DNA of 64,000 nt. It comes from Protoeuglena noctilucae. Taxonomy: Eukaryota. The notes under the pieces were generated by a model. That model was not told where the DNA came from, ran no database searches, and saw only the letters and a list, made by a program, of their open reading frames with translations. Where the stretch lies: positions 806,001-870,000 of the forward strand of contig OY253680.1 in NCBI GenBank assembly GCA_958009085.1, read 5' to 3'. Shown piece after piece: positions 48,455-60,572 of this stretch. A program made the translations under genes and the position numbers. Numbering within the stretch: the first letter of the stretch is position 1; each line of letters begins with the position of its first letter.

Positions 48455-51131
48455 ATGGGGATTCAGGAGCGGTGAGGGACTTAGAGAGTGGGTCTCTGCT
48501 GGATGTGCGCATCGAGGATCCACGCCTTAGGCAGGATGCATGTCAGGGTTGCTGAAGGGGGCGTCGCGGCCCGCTCTCTGCTGCGCGGCTGGGCACGCAC
48601 CGCCCCGCACGGTGCGCCCCTGCTTCCGCCAGCTCGGACGCCCTATAGCGTCTGCGCCGGACGCCGTGCGGTGCATTCATGCACCTGCTGCATCGTGCTA
48701 TCGACGATGCGGCTTAGCGAAGTCGCTGGGGTTCCTCGTAGCCCTCACTGCTCGCCCGCCGCTGCCGACGCGCAGGATAAAGGAGATTGAGTTCGAGATG
48801 TCTCGGACTCAAAAGAACAAAGCTACGGAGGGGCATCTGGGTCTCCTGAAGGCCCGCCTAGCGAAGGCGAGCGGCGGGAGAGTCGCGAACCGCGCGTCCG
48901 TCCGTGAACTTGCACGCCTCTGCGACAGCCGCGTCCCCTCGCGCCGCCCGCAGCTTCGCACGATGCTTCAGGAGGGCAGCCAGTCGAAGAAGACGGAGGG
49001 AGAGGGTTTCTCCGTGCAGCGCTACGGCCACGGGTGCGTCGGCCGCTCCAGTCCTGGCCCTCAGTCTTAAAAGTCACACAACACCGAGGCTGAACCGGCC
49101 ACCATCGGCCCTGTCCGCAGCCGTGTCGCTCTGGTGGGCTTCCCGTCCGTGGGTAAGTCCACGCTGCTCACGATGTTGACGGGGACGGAGTCCGAGGCGG
49201 CCGCTTACGAGTTCACCACCCTCACGTGCATCCCCGGCGTCATCCACTACAACGGCTCCAAGATTCAGCTGCTTGACTTGCCGGGGATCATTGAGGGGGC
49301 CGCGCAGGGGAAGGGGCGGGGGAGGGAGGTGAGAGGGTTTGGAGGGGGGCTTAGACAAGGTGCGGTGCGGTGGGGTACAGGAGAGCATAGCAGAGGGGTG
49401 GTTGCAGCGCATGTGTGGGAACTGGACAAGTCACGTACCGCCCCCTGGGTACCACCTTCAGGTGATCGCGTGTGCCAAGTCGTCGGATCTGATCCTGATG
49501 GTGCTGGACGCGTTAAAGCCCTGGAGCCACTACGAGATCCTCACGCGGGAGCTCGAGAGCATGGGCATCCGCCTCAACCGCAAGCCCCCGGCCATTTACT
49601 TCAAGAAGAAGAAGACCGGGGGGCTCACCATCAACAGCCAAGTGCCGCTCAAGAAGGTGACGAGGTGCAGACAGTGTTGTTTGGCTTGTGTTTCTGTAAG
49701 CTTGAGTTGTTCAGCGATACGGCTGTCTGACACCCACGCCCACACCCACACTCACACCCGCACCCTTCGCATCTCCCGCAGATGGAGGAGAGCACGGTGC
49801 TGCGTGTGCTGCAAGAGTACAAGATCCACAACTGCGAGATTCTCTTCAAGGAGGACTGCGACGTGGACGACCTCATCGACGTCATTGAGGGGAACCGGCG
49901 GTGCGTGAAGTGCGTGTACGTGTACAACAAGGCGAGTGGGGCAGGGAAAGCGTAAGTTTTTTTGATCGAGTGTACCTGTGTGGCATCCATGAGTGTCTAC
50001 CATCGCGCCCTTTCTGTCAATTCTCATAGTACCACCCGACGTGCTGTTGTGCTTTGCAGATCGACATGCTGTCCATTGAGGAGGTGGACGCCATCGCACG
50101 CCGACCCTACTCGGTGCCCATCTCTTGCAACATGAAGCTCAACTTGGATGGCCTGCTCAAGGTGAGAGGGGCAGGCGGCGTCGTAGCAGCTAACAAGTGC
50201 TTATGCAGACGCGGCACCATGCACGGTCCATTCCATGCACATCGCTGCTGCACATTTCAGTCAACATGTGTGCCACCTCCTCTGCTATATTCCTGTCATC
50301 GCTTGCAGACCATGTGGCGCGAGATGGACCTGGTTGGCATATGCATATCCAACTCCAGTGACTCTCCTCGCGAATCGCAGACGATGTGGCGTGAGATGGA
50401 CCTGGTTCGCATCTACACCAAGAAGGTCGGCAGCAAGCCCGACTTCAGTGACCCGGTGGTGCTGTCCCACGACCGGGGGGGCGTCAGCGTGGGGGCCTTA
50501 TGCAGGCAGGTGCACAAGGTGAGGAGAGTACGCGAGGGGATGCGACAGTGGTTCTTGTTAACACAGGCAGGTGCAGGAGGTGGACCTACCATCACGTGGG
50601 CAGCCAACGAGGGTCGCAGCGGCGCCTCATGACATCTGGTTGCCTTGGTATATGCTTGATATGAACAACACATCGTTAGTGTAAGCGCTGCTATCCTTCA
50701 TCACCCCCAGACCCTGGAGCGTGACTTCAACTACGCCCTGGTGTGGGGGCGCAGCTCCAAGCACATGCCCCAGCGCGTGGGTCTGTCGCACGAACTGGAG
50801 GACGAGGACGTGGTGCAGGTGAGAAATAGGGATGGGAATGTGTGAATGTAGCATTGGCTGTGGGCGAGAGTGGCTGTAGAGGGGTAGCTGTGGGGTAAGT
50901 GAGGTTTGCTTGCGTGAGTGGCCCATGTTCACGAGTTGTCGGCAAGCGTGGCTCTTGGTCTATATAGATTGATTTTTTTTATGGTGCTCTTCATCTCCTA
51001 TTCATAATTCATCGCAGGTGGTGAAGAAGAAGGTGGCGGACATGGGTGAGGCGCGGGGCAAGTTCTCCCAGCAGAGTAAGAAGCCTGGGAAGATCGACGA
51101 GAGGGAGAAGAAGGCCAAGCTCAAGACATGA
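48455..51131 (+). CDS. DRG2: Developmentally regulated GTP-binding protein (DRG2/Rbg2-type OBG-family GTPase)
   Basis: [75 protein letters not shown] and the TGS domain [26 protein letters not shown]. Confidence 0.94.
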
Positions 51132-51349
51132 ACATGAGAGGGTGTTAGTGAGCGTGGCGGAACTGAGACATTGGTTGCCTTCGCTTTGCAACACAGCCCT
51201 TTGCGCTCGCTTGGGCTCGGCATGCACGGTGCAGCGAGTGTATATGAAACACTAAATACCATTCTTTCTCGTCACGCTTCAAGCACGTTTGGAACCTTGC
51301 ACCAAACGGCCCTCAGCCCAGCGACATCCCAGCCAGCCTCGCAGCTTCA

Positions 51350-53593
51350 TCAAAAGAGCGGCACTGTGTCCCTGGCCATGCCCAGCAGCCTCTCAAACAC
51401 CCTCTGCCCGTCGTCGCGGATGCCCCCGTGCATGAGCTCCGACGTCACCCACACGCGCAGCCCCTGGATGCCAGCCCCGGTCCGCTTGGCCAGGTCGAAG
51501 TCGACGTACATGTCATCGAAGTACGCCGTGGCGGCACATGGCACCTTGTTAGCAGCCAGCGCTGTGGGGTCGTAGAGAACAGGCCAGGAGGGCTGCTGGG
51601 CAATGGCCTCTGCCACATCAGCGATGGGGCGCAACGCCGCGACGTCCTGGAAGGTCGAGGGGAAGACCATCTCGCCCGTGAAGAGAACGGGGCGGTCGTC
51701 AGATGACTGCGAGGGGGACGAGGTGTCCCGAGGGAGGATGAGTTGGATGCCACAGCGGTCCAAGGCGGTCACAGGTTCTTCATCCGCCTTGTCACCTTGG
51801 CCGCCGCCACTGCGTCAAAGTCGGTCCTGTTGGGCTCCTCGTCCCTCACGCGCTGTGCCGCCCACGCGAGGGCACCGGGGCCGGAGGCATAGCATGCTTC
51901 GTGGAGGAGGGCGTAAAGGCAGTTGGAATCGAAAGGAATCGAAGCGTCGACGGCCTTGAGGAAGTCGATGGAGAGGATGCCGGGGGATTCAAAGGCGCCC
52001 TGGGTGGCGAGGGGAAGGGGCCGGGGTGAGCGATGTCCAGGGTGGGTCGAGAGTGTGTAAGGCCCTGCTTACGTGCACCAGTCTGTGATCACCAAAGGCT
52101 TACCTCGAACAAGAAGTAAAGCTTCTCGAAACCCCCCACGCTGCCCAGCCCGCCCAGTCCCAGACCCTGCGTGCGAACGAGGCATCGCCACATCTTCGCA
52201 TCGGCAAGGCAGCTGTTCTCAATTGTTGCTTGTTCCTCTCGCTTTCACGCCGGCGGTATAACCACCATACAGTATGCGCCCCCTCACACCACCCTACAGG
52301 TCTCTGCACCCCCAACACACCGTCATCCACTCGCCTGCAAGAGCGTCGGTGTCAGGCGGTTCCCAGCCGGCGTCTCCACGGCGCCCCCCGCTGCCTCAAT
52401 CGCCCGCACCACCTCCCTGACTACGCCCTTCAGCTCCGGGAATCGCCGGTACAGCTTTTCGTTCTGCGCCCGCACCCGTGTGAAGAGAGCACGATACGCA
52501 GTCTCTGCCACAGGGCCCGGCTCGAGGCTGGGGGGCAGGCCGCCCGTAATGAGCACTTCCCTGCGGGAGGGGGAGAGGGGCAGTGCATGAGCTCGGTGCT
52601 GTAGTACTACTCTCTGTTGCTCAGAGTCGCAGTGTCTTCAGCTCAGTGGCCGAGGCGGGTGGTGCAGCGGTGATGCACTGGCGCAATGGTGCAGTGGCCC
52701 AAGTGAGCAGTGGCGCTTGCCTGAGCGAGTCGGGGCATCGCGAGAGGTAGAGCACCGCGCAAAAACCCCCAAAGGACTGGCCGAGGAGGGTCCCCTGCGT
52801 CGCACCCAGAGCTTTCCGGATCGCCTCGCAGTCGCGGACGATGCTGTCGGCGCGGAAGTGCCCCAGATGCGCGGCCTTGTCGGCAGCGCTGCCTGGGAGG
52901 CGCGCTACCACACCCGGGGTGATCTTGCTGGACAGGCCCGTGCCCCGCTGGTCTAAGAGCAGGACGCGGAACGAGGAAAGCGCAGCCTTGGCCCACGCGG
53001 CCGGTTCCGTGAACCTGAAAAGGGGCAAAGCACGGAGCGCGTCGCTCAGGACGTGCTGCGGCACCAAAGCACGTCCGGCGGACCCGCGGAGCTCAGGTCA
53101 CCTGGGGCACTCGAACCCTGGACCTCCCTGGAGATACACCAGGTAAGGGAGGTCGGGGGCGGCTGCTCCCGAGGACTGGTACAGCTCACGAACGAAGACG
53201 TCCACCGTGCCCTTCGCTGGGTCTGCATGTTGGAGCAAGGCGTTGCAGCGACGTGAAGGTGATTGCTTGAAAGCCGCAGATTGCTCATGCATCCGTGACG
53301 AGGGCACCTTCGTAGTCGATTGGGACGGTGAACGTGTGGTTGCGCATCGAGAAACCCTTCATCTTGTGCTCCCCGCCGACGCGATGGCTGCCGGGGACTA
53401 TGGCTGGCACGACGGCATCGGCCGCCCTGGCCTCGACGCGCGCCCGCTTCACCCCGGGCGGCATCGTGCGTGTTTGGGCGATGGACCGAGGGATGGGACT
53501 CCGCACGAGCGGTGCCGGTGCAGCTGCCGGGAATGTACGAGCGGTGCCGATGAGACCTTTGACTGCTGCGCGTGCGAGGCAAGCTGCCCGCAT
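51350..53593 (-). CDS. PIP: Proline iminopeptidase (peptidase S33 alpha/beta hydrolase)
   Basis: YLQGGPGFECPR, LLDQRGTGLS, HFRADSIVRDCEAIR, nucleophile LGQSFGGFC, YFDDMYVD, ELMHGGIR. Confidence 0.92.
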
Positions 53594-53879
53594 CTGCGGG
53601 GAATGGGGACGCGGAGCCTGGCCACCGCAGCTCTGGGGCAATCGTGCGCTATGGCACAGCCACGCAGCGATCGCCAATGCTTTGTACACACGTGCTCCCG
53701 TCCGCAGCTTTGTAGCGCCGGTGGAGCGTCTGTAAGACGTTCACGTTCGTGCGCGTTTCCAGCACGCGTCGATGCCAGCCAGCGGCTCTGACGGATGGAT
53801 GAGCTTGATTTTATTAATAACGGGTCATATTTCGGCGATTGTTCCACATATGACTGCGCGGATGGCACCTACGTGCCCC

Positions 53880-56800
53880 ATGGCGGCATCTCGGGGGCTC
53901 CTGTCGCTACGCCGTTGCTGGGTGGCCCACTTCGAGGGAAATGATGGGTTTTAGCCATTCCTAGTTACAGACGAGACAGGAATGATGGACGCAGACGAGA
54001 TAGATACGTGTTTGGACCTCCCGCTGCCCCATCAGGCACGTCGAGAGGGTGCTGCTCGCCACCTGCCCGCGCCCTCCCTTCCCCGCTCGCCGCCGAGCAT
54101 CTAGATGTTCCCGATGCCTGCGAGAATAATTCGTCTACCTCGTCGACGTGTCCGCAGTGGCCTTCGCCCGCTGGGATCGAGGCGCGGGGGTGCCTCGTCA
54201 CGGCCGCTGCCCTGCGCGTCCCCGATCACACGGGGAGCACGCCGCTGTGGCGTCACCGCATAGGTAGACTCGTGAAGGATGCGGTGCGGCGCGGAGAGGA
54301 CTCGCCGTTCGCGGCCCCGGGCCTCCATCGCCGGTCCCGGCGCACACGGGAGGCTCTCTATGCCACGCACCTCCCGTGGGACCCGCACCACGTCTCTGCC
54401 GCCCCGGGGATCGAAGCCATGCGCGTGCACCACGTCGCGGACGACGAGGAGGCCTCCGCCATGGCCTCGGCGGGTCTCCCCACGGCACTGGGCGGGCGGG
54501 CGACGCGCGTTGATGTGGCGGGGGAGCCGCGCTCGAGCTCCGATGAGGAGTCCGGGCCCGGTTTCGGCAGCGGAGGGTTTCTGTTCGGCAGGGACGGCGC
54601 CCGGAGGCGCATGGCGGCGGCACGCGAGGAGGAGAGCGAGGTGGGGACGCGCGTCGGTGCCGAGCGTGCGCGTCTGTGCATGTGCAAGACACATACACGT
54701 GAACCATCATCGACCATGCAGTGCGGTCAGTGGCAGGTAATAGGCTTGCCATCGCTGTCCCTGTCGCAGGCTCTACGGGCGACGCTCCATCTGTTCCAAG
54801 CGGTGGATGAGGTGGTGGCGTTGCTCCATGCGCTGGCTGCTGCCAACCCACGCGCGCTGGGGCGGGTAGCGGGGAGCTTGCATCTCGGCAACCGGATGCG
54901 GGGCGCAGAGATGAGCGGGGGTGGGGCCGCACAGGGGCAGACTGGAGCAGGTCCTCGAGAGATGGGGGATGGGGTGGAGAAGGGTCGGGGTGTGTCATCG
55001 GCAAAACGCAAGAGGGGAGGAGTGCCGGAGAATGTGGGGTTAGAGCATGAAGCACGTGGGGTGTTGCAAGAGAGGGTGCGAGATAGGGAGGAGACGGGCA
55101 TTGACGTGCGGAGCGGTGGGGATGCTGGGGTGGTGGGCGTCAACGCAAGCGGTGCGGATGGGATGGGCGAGGGGGCGGCGGATGCTAATGCTGGGGCAGG
55201 CAAAGGGCGAGCGCTGCTGCTGCGTCGATTGGGCGAGCGGAGAGGGAAGCAGGGGGCAGCAGCGGGGGTGGCGGGAGATTCCAAGCGAGGTGCTGCGACG
55301 CTGCGGGCGGGGGCAGATGTCGCGGATGCAACCAAAGGCGCGGGGGTGGCAACCGAGGGGCCAGGGGTTCAGGGCTCAGCTGGGGACGGTCGTTGGCACC
55401 AGGCGGTGGATGTGGGGAGCGGGCACATGTATTACTACAACGAGCGACTGGGGATCACTCAGTGGGAGGAGCCCGCGGGGGCGCAGGTGGTGCCCTTGGC
55501 TGAGGGGTGGCGGCGGTGGCTGGCCGAACGGTGGGCGTGGGGCTCGCTGGAGGTGCCAAAGCATGGCGGGGGTGAGAATGGTGACGGGGAGGCGCAGGCG
55601 GCGAGGTTGCCGCGTCCAGAGACGTCCGGGCTGCTTTGTGGGGAGCACGCCAGGGGCAGCGGGGTGCACGTGCGGTTCGGGAGCGACGGCGAGAGTGATG
55701 AGGGAGAGAATGTGAGAAGGGCAATGAAGCGGACCGGCGTGGCACAGGTTGCGCATGACGAGGTGACTGATCGATGTCTGCGTGCCGTGCCGCGCAGGGC
55801 AACGTGGATGCCACGGCGTCTTGGGCTGAGGACATGGTGCGTGCCCTGCAGGACCGATGGGTGCCCAACGCGGGAGAACTGCCGCCCATGGGGTGAGGAC
55901 CTTGCTTACCAATTCCCCTTTCATTGCTATGCTACTTGTAAGTCTGTCTTATGTGCATTCCAACCCCCTTGCTGCTCTGCCCTTGTCCAGTCGCGCTGCC
56001 AAGCATCGCGTGGTCCGGCTGGCCAAGCGCGCGTGGCGCCTGCTGACCAGGGCAGGCCTCGCCCAGGGGCACTGCGATGGGGATGTTCACCTCGACCCTT
56101 CGTCTCAAGGAGACGAAGACACGGGGCTGTCAGCAGAGGGTGGTGGCGAAGCGGCCATTGGGGAGGCCGACGGGAGCAGCGACGGCGAAGGCAGCGGGCG
56201 AGGCGGCAGCGGCCGGGACGCAGTGGTGGCCGTGGCTTCGCTGGCGGGTGCCGCCTTGGCTCTGGCCGACCACCTCCCTGCTGCCGCATGCCACGTGGCG
56301 CCTCTCTTGGCATGGCTCCGTGACGCCGCTTCCCAGGCCGACGAAAGCGGCAGCGGGGCTGACGCGTGCGCGCCGCGCGCCCCTCCCGTCGCCGGGCCGC
56401 TTGTTTGCCAGTGCGTGCGCCATTGGTCGCATCTGGATTGGGTGACACCTGTCCGCGAGTGCATTCCCAGTCATCTGGGCAAGTACTTCTTCCAGAGATA
56501 CCGATACTTCTCGCTGTACGACCTTGGGTGCGCCGTGGACGAGGAGGGGTGGTTCTCCGTCACCCCCGAGGTGACCACCACGGGGGATTAAGAGCGAGTC
56601 TCACAACGGTCGATCTCTTAGCCTTGGGCAGCGCATTCCTCATCGTGTCCCCTTCCATCCGCAGGCGGTGGCGCAGCAGCAGGCTCTCCGGTGTGCTGGC
56701 GCCGCCACCGTCGTCGACGCCTTTTGCGGGGTCGGGGGCAACACGGTGCACCTGGCCCGCCGGTGAGAGTGACACGGCCTCATGCCCGCCGCTAGCAGTA

Positions 56801-57529
56801 TGTCGATGTCCTCTGTGTTTCTGTCTTACCATCTCTCCATCTCCACCCTGATCTTTCCTCTGCCAGCGCAGGTGCGGCGAGGTGGTGGCCGTCGACCTGA
56901 ACGCCTCGCGCCTGGCCCTCGCCCGCCACAACGCAGCGCTCTACGGCGTCGAGGACCGCGTCCGATTCTGCCACGGAGACTTTCTCGAGCTCGCCAAGAC
57001 CTCGCTCGCGGCGGGTGAGCGCCAGTGCCGCAGCTGGCGTGGTGGGTGTCGCTACGAGCACGGCACGTCTCGACAGCAAGCGCCTCTACGCCGCCGCAGA
57101 CGTCGTGTTCCTGTCCCCGCCCTGGGGCGGCCCAGAATACGTCAAGTCGGAGGTGTTTGGCGTGGCGAAGGACATTGGAGGCCTCGGCGTCGGCCTCGCG
57201 GGGCTGCTGGCGCTGGCCCTGTGGGTGGTCGACCGCGGGGGCCCGCGCGCCGCGCCGCGCATGTGGGGCGTGGCTGTGTTTCTCCCGCGCAACGCCAGCC
57301 TGGTGGAGATCGCCGACGAGGTCGGGGCGCTCCGGCGGCAGGGGCTGCTCGCGGAGGACCGGCACGAGGTCGAGGAGTGCTGGGTGAGCGCAGCGACGGC
57401 GGGAAATGTCCCGACCGACCTGGAAGAAGCCAGGCAGCCACCCGTCCACCCCCACATTGACCGCAGGTGAACGGCAAGCTCGTGGCGGTCACGGTCTATG
57501 TGGGGCGCATCGCAGCCGCCCAGGGCTGA
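53880..57529 (+). CDS. TGS1: Trimethylguanosine synthase (RNA cap hypermethylase) with WW domain
   Basis: WW domain WHQAVDVGSGHMYYYNERLGITQWEEP; KYFFQRYRYFSLYD...DEEGWFSVTPE; VDAFCGVGGN; DVVFLSPPWGGPEY; FLPRN. The start is uncertain (about 53880-53982). Confidence 0.88.
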
Positions 57530-57728
57530 GTCGGGCGGCGCGGCGTGGCTGCTGGCGATTCACTCTCTGCCCTGCGCACGCGCCACAGCTCGGACCTTGC
57601 AATCGCGACCTGCCAGTGAAATTGGTGTGCCAGAGCAGCTGTGGCCAGCGAAGGAGGGCCGGTGGCGCATCCGCCCCGCAGTCCCTGGCGCGTTCGGCAG
57701 TTCCCCGGTGTGTGGCTCGATTGTGAAG

Positions 57729-59892
57729 ATGGCTCTCTCCGCCAAGACGTTCCTTGGCGCGGCCGTGGCCGCGAAGGCCAACGGGCCCGTCGCCCAGCGC
57801 CAGGCCGTGGTCGTGAGGGCCGGCAAGTACGATGAGGAGCTTATGCAGACCACGGTGAGCGGCGCGCCCGCCCGTGCGCCCGCGCGCGTCGCCCAGATCG
57901 CCCCGGGCTCGACGGGGGGCCCCCGAGCGCCATCCTGCCCGCGGGCCCCGCCCGCGCGCCGCCCGGGAACGCGCATTTCAGTGGGCGTTCTTTTGGAGCC
58001 TCCGGTGCCCCGCCATACCCGCCCGCGGGCGTGGCGAGGGTGGATGAAGCATTGTCCGGGCCCCACGCCTGCGGATCCCCCGGGGGGGCTGCCGCCGCAG
58101 CAGACCGCGTTTTCCTCGTTCCGGAGAATCGCTTGCCGGCTCGCTCCGGCGCGGCCGTGGCCCCGGGCGACCACGATGGCCGCGGCGAGGGGGCGACCGC
58201 GAGCCCGCCACCCCGGTCGGCGCCCGCCACGGCCCCGGGGTAGGCACCGTCCGTTGCCTCTCTTTCCTGCCCCTCTTTCGTCCGGGCATTGCGATCTCCC
58301 CGGCAGCCCCCGGGACTCGCCGACCCTGGTCGCCGTTTTGGTGGCAGCCCTGCGGCACGCTCGCCCCGCGCCCGCCGCGCCTGGGGGAGCCGTGCGCCAG
58401 CTGCATTTCGTTTGCTATGTGTCGGCCGCGCCGCCGGTTTGGGTCGCGGGTGCTCAGGCGGCGCGCTGCCGGCTCGGGAGTGCGACCGGGAGCATCTGGG
58501 CCGACGTCGCCCGCCGGGGCCGCGCCGACCCCCGATCTCACTCGTAGCAGTCGCTCAAGCGCCGCCGCCGCCTCCCACGCGCGCAGAAGAAGATCGCCAC
58601 GCCCGGCCGTGGCATCCTCGCCATGGACGAGTCCAACGCCACCTGCGGCAAGCGCCTCGACTCTATCGGCGTGGCCAACACGGAGGACAACCGCCGTGCG
58701 TACCGCGAGCTGCTCGTGAGCGCCCCCGGCCTCGGCAACTACATCTCCGGCGCCATCCTCTTCAAGGAGACCCTGTACCAGAAGACGGCCGCCGGCAAGC
58801 GCATGGTCGACGTGCTCAACGAGCAGGTGAGGCGGCGCAGTTTGATCGTTTCGACCCATCGCGCCGCGCATCGGGCCCCGCGGCCGCCGCTCGACGCCGG
58901 CTATGGGGGGCCTGACCTTGCCTGCTCTTCCATCCTGGCCGCAGGGCATCGTCCCCGGCATCAAGGTCGACAAGGGCCTTGCCCCGATGGCCAACGCCAA
59001 CGAGGGCGAGACCTGGTGCCAGGGCCTGGACGGCCTGGCGGGCGAGTGCGCTGAGTACTACAAGACCGGTGCCCGCTTCTGCAAGTGGCGGACGACCGTG
59101 AACATCGCCGCGGGCGCCTCCAACAAGGCCGTGTTCGACGCCGCCTACGGCCTCGCCCGCTACGCCGCGATCGCCCAGAACGCCGGCCTGGCCCCCATCA
59201 TCGAGCCCGAGATCCTCCTCGACGGCGACCACGACATCGACACGTGCCTCGAGGTGGCCGAGCGCGTGTGGGCCGAGACCTTCAAGCAGATGGCCGACCA
59301 GGGCGTCCTCTTCGAGGGCATCCTCCTCAAGCCCTCCATGGTGACGCCCGGCGCCGACAAGAACCGCGCCAACCCCGAGACGGTCGCGGCCTACACCCTC
59401 AAGCTCCTCCGCCGCCGCGTGCCCCCCGCGGTCCCCGGCATCATGTTCCTCTCCGGCGGCCAGGTGAGAGCCACGGGCCGGCAGTGTTTGTTGGTTGGTC
59501 ACATGGATGATTGCAGCCCCACCTCCCATACCAGCCCTTCTCTTACACCCCCGGCATGATGTCTCCGCCCGCCGCTGCTCTGCTCTACGCATAACCCCCG
59601 ACTCCCTTCCACCCGCCCACCGCAGTCTGAGCTCGAGTCGACGCTCAACCTGAACGCCATGAACCAGTCGCCCAACCCCTGGCACGTGTCCTTCTCGTAC
59701 GCGCGTGCGCTCCAGAACACGTGCCTCAAGACGTGGCAGGGCCGCCCCGAGAACGTGGAGAAGGCCCAGAAGGCGCTCCTCAAGCGCGCCATGGCCAACT
59801 CCATGGCCCAGCTGGGCAAGTACGACCCCAAGATGGAGGGCGAGGACTCGTCCGCCGCCGAGGGCATGTTCCAGAAGAACTACTCGTACTGA
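57729..59892 (+). CDS. FBA: Plastid class I fructose-1,6-bisphosphate aldolase
   Basis: Transit peptide ending [68 protein letters not shown]-terminal Tyr. Confidence 0.97.
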
Positions 59893-60572
59893 GCGGCTCG
59901 CACTGAGCCATGCCGGCCGGGCGCGGCTGGCGGGGGCGGTGGGGTGGGGCGGCCGGGGGTGGCCGGGGTGGCTGCGGCGGGGCGGGGCAGCGAGCGATAG
60001 GCTCGCGCCGCACCCCGCGCGGCACGGGGGATCGTGGGGCGCGGCTAGTGTGCTGTGGCTCGCGTAGGGTGGGGTAGGCAGGGGTGTGTGGCGCGCGATG
60101 TGGGTGCGTTCGCGCGTGCGGCGTGCTTACATCGCGGGGCTGGGCGTGTTTGAACTGCACAAGTGTCCATGAGATCTGGTCACGGCTGTCAACTACCTGG
60201 TTGCGTCCATGCGACCATGCCGTGTCTCCTATCAGCGAGGCGTCGTGTGTCGTGTGGCAACTTCACATTCAAGGCACTGATGTTGAGAGGAAAGCTCTGC
60301 AGGCGGCAGAGCGCCGGGAACGGAGAGGCGGAAAGGGGCCGCGGGTCGGGGAGTGGGCCCCACCCTGGGAGGAAGGGCCATGACGGTGTGACCCTGGGCA
60401 ATCACGCGAGCTAGGTTGGTGGTTAGGGAAGAGGCGCGGAGTCTACGCGCGCAGGGGTGGCGCTCGCGCCTAGAGAGTGGCGCGGACACGCGTCCTGCTG
60501 CTGGGGAAAGGCATGGTGACAGGGTTGGCGAGGTCGAAACGCGGGAGCCTGGCAGCGTCTCTGGCGGCGCCG

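Noticed and set aside
54008..56323. 771-aa ORF as a stand-alone WW protein
   Set aside because: It reads through TGS1 exons and introns; the methyltransferase exons follow on the same strand.
53880..57529. Link between TGS1 (snRNA capping) and the GC-AG excess
   Set aside because: TGS1 is a universal housekeeping gene, and co-location in a eukaryotic window is not evidence.
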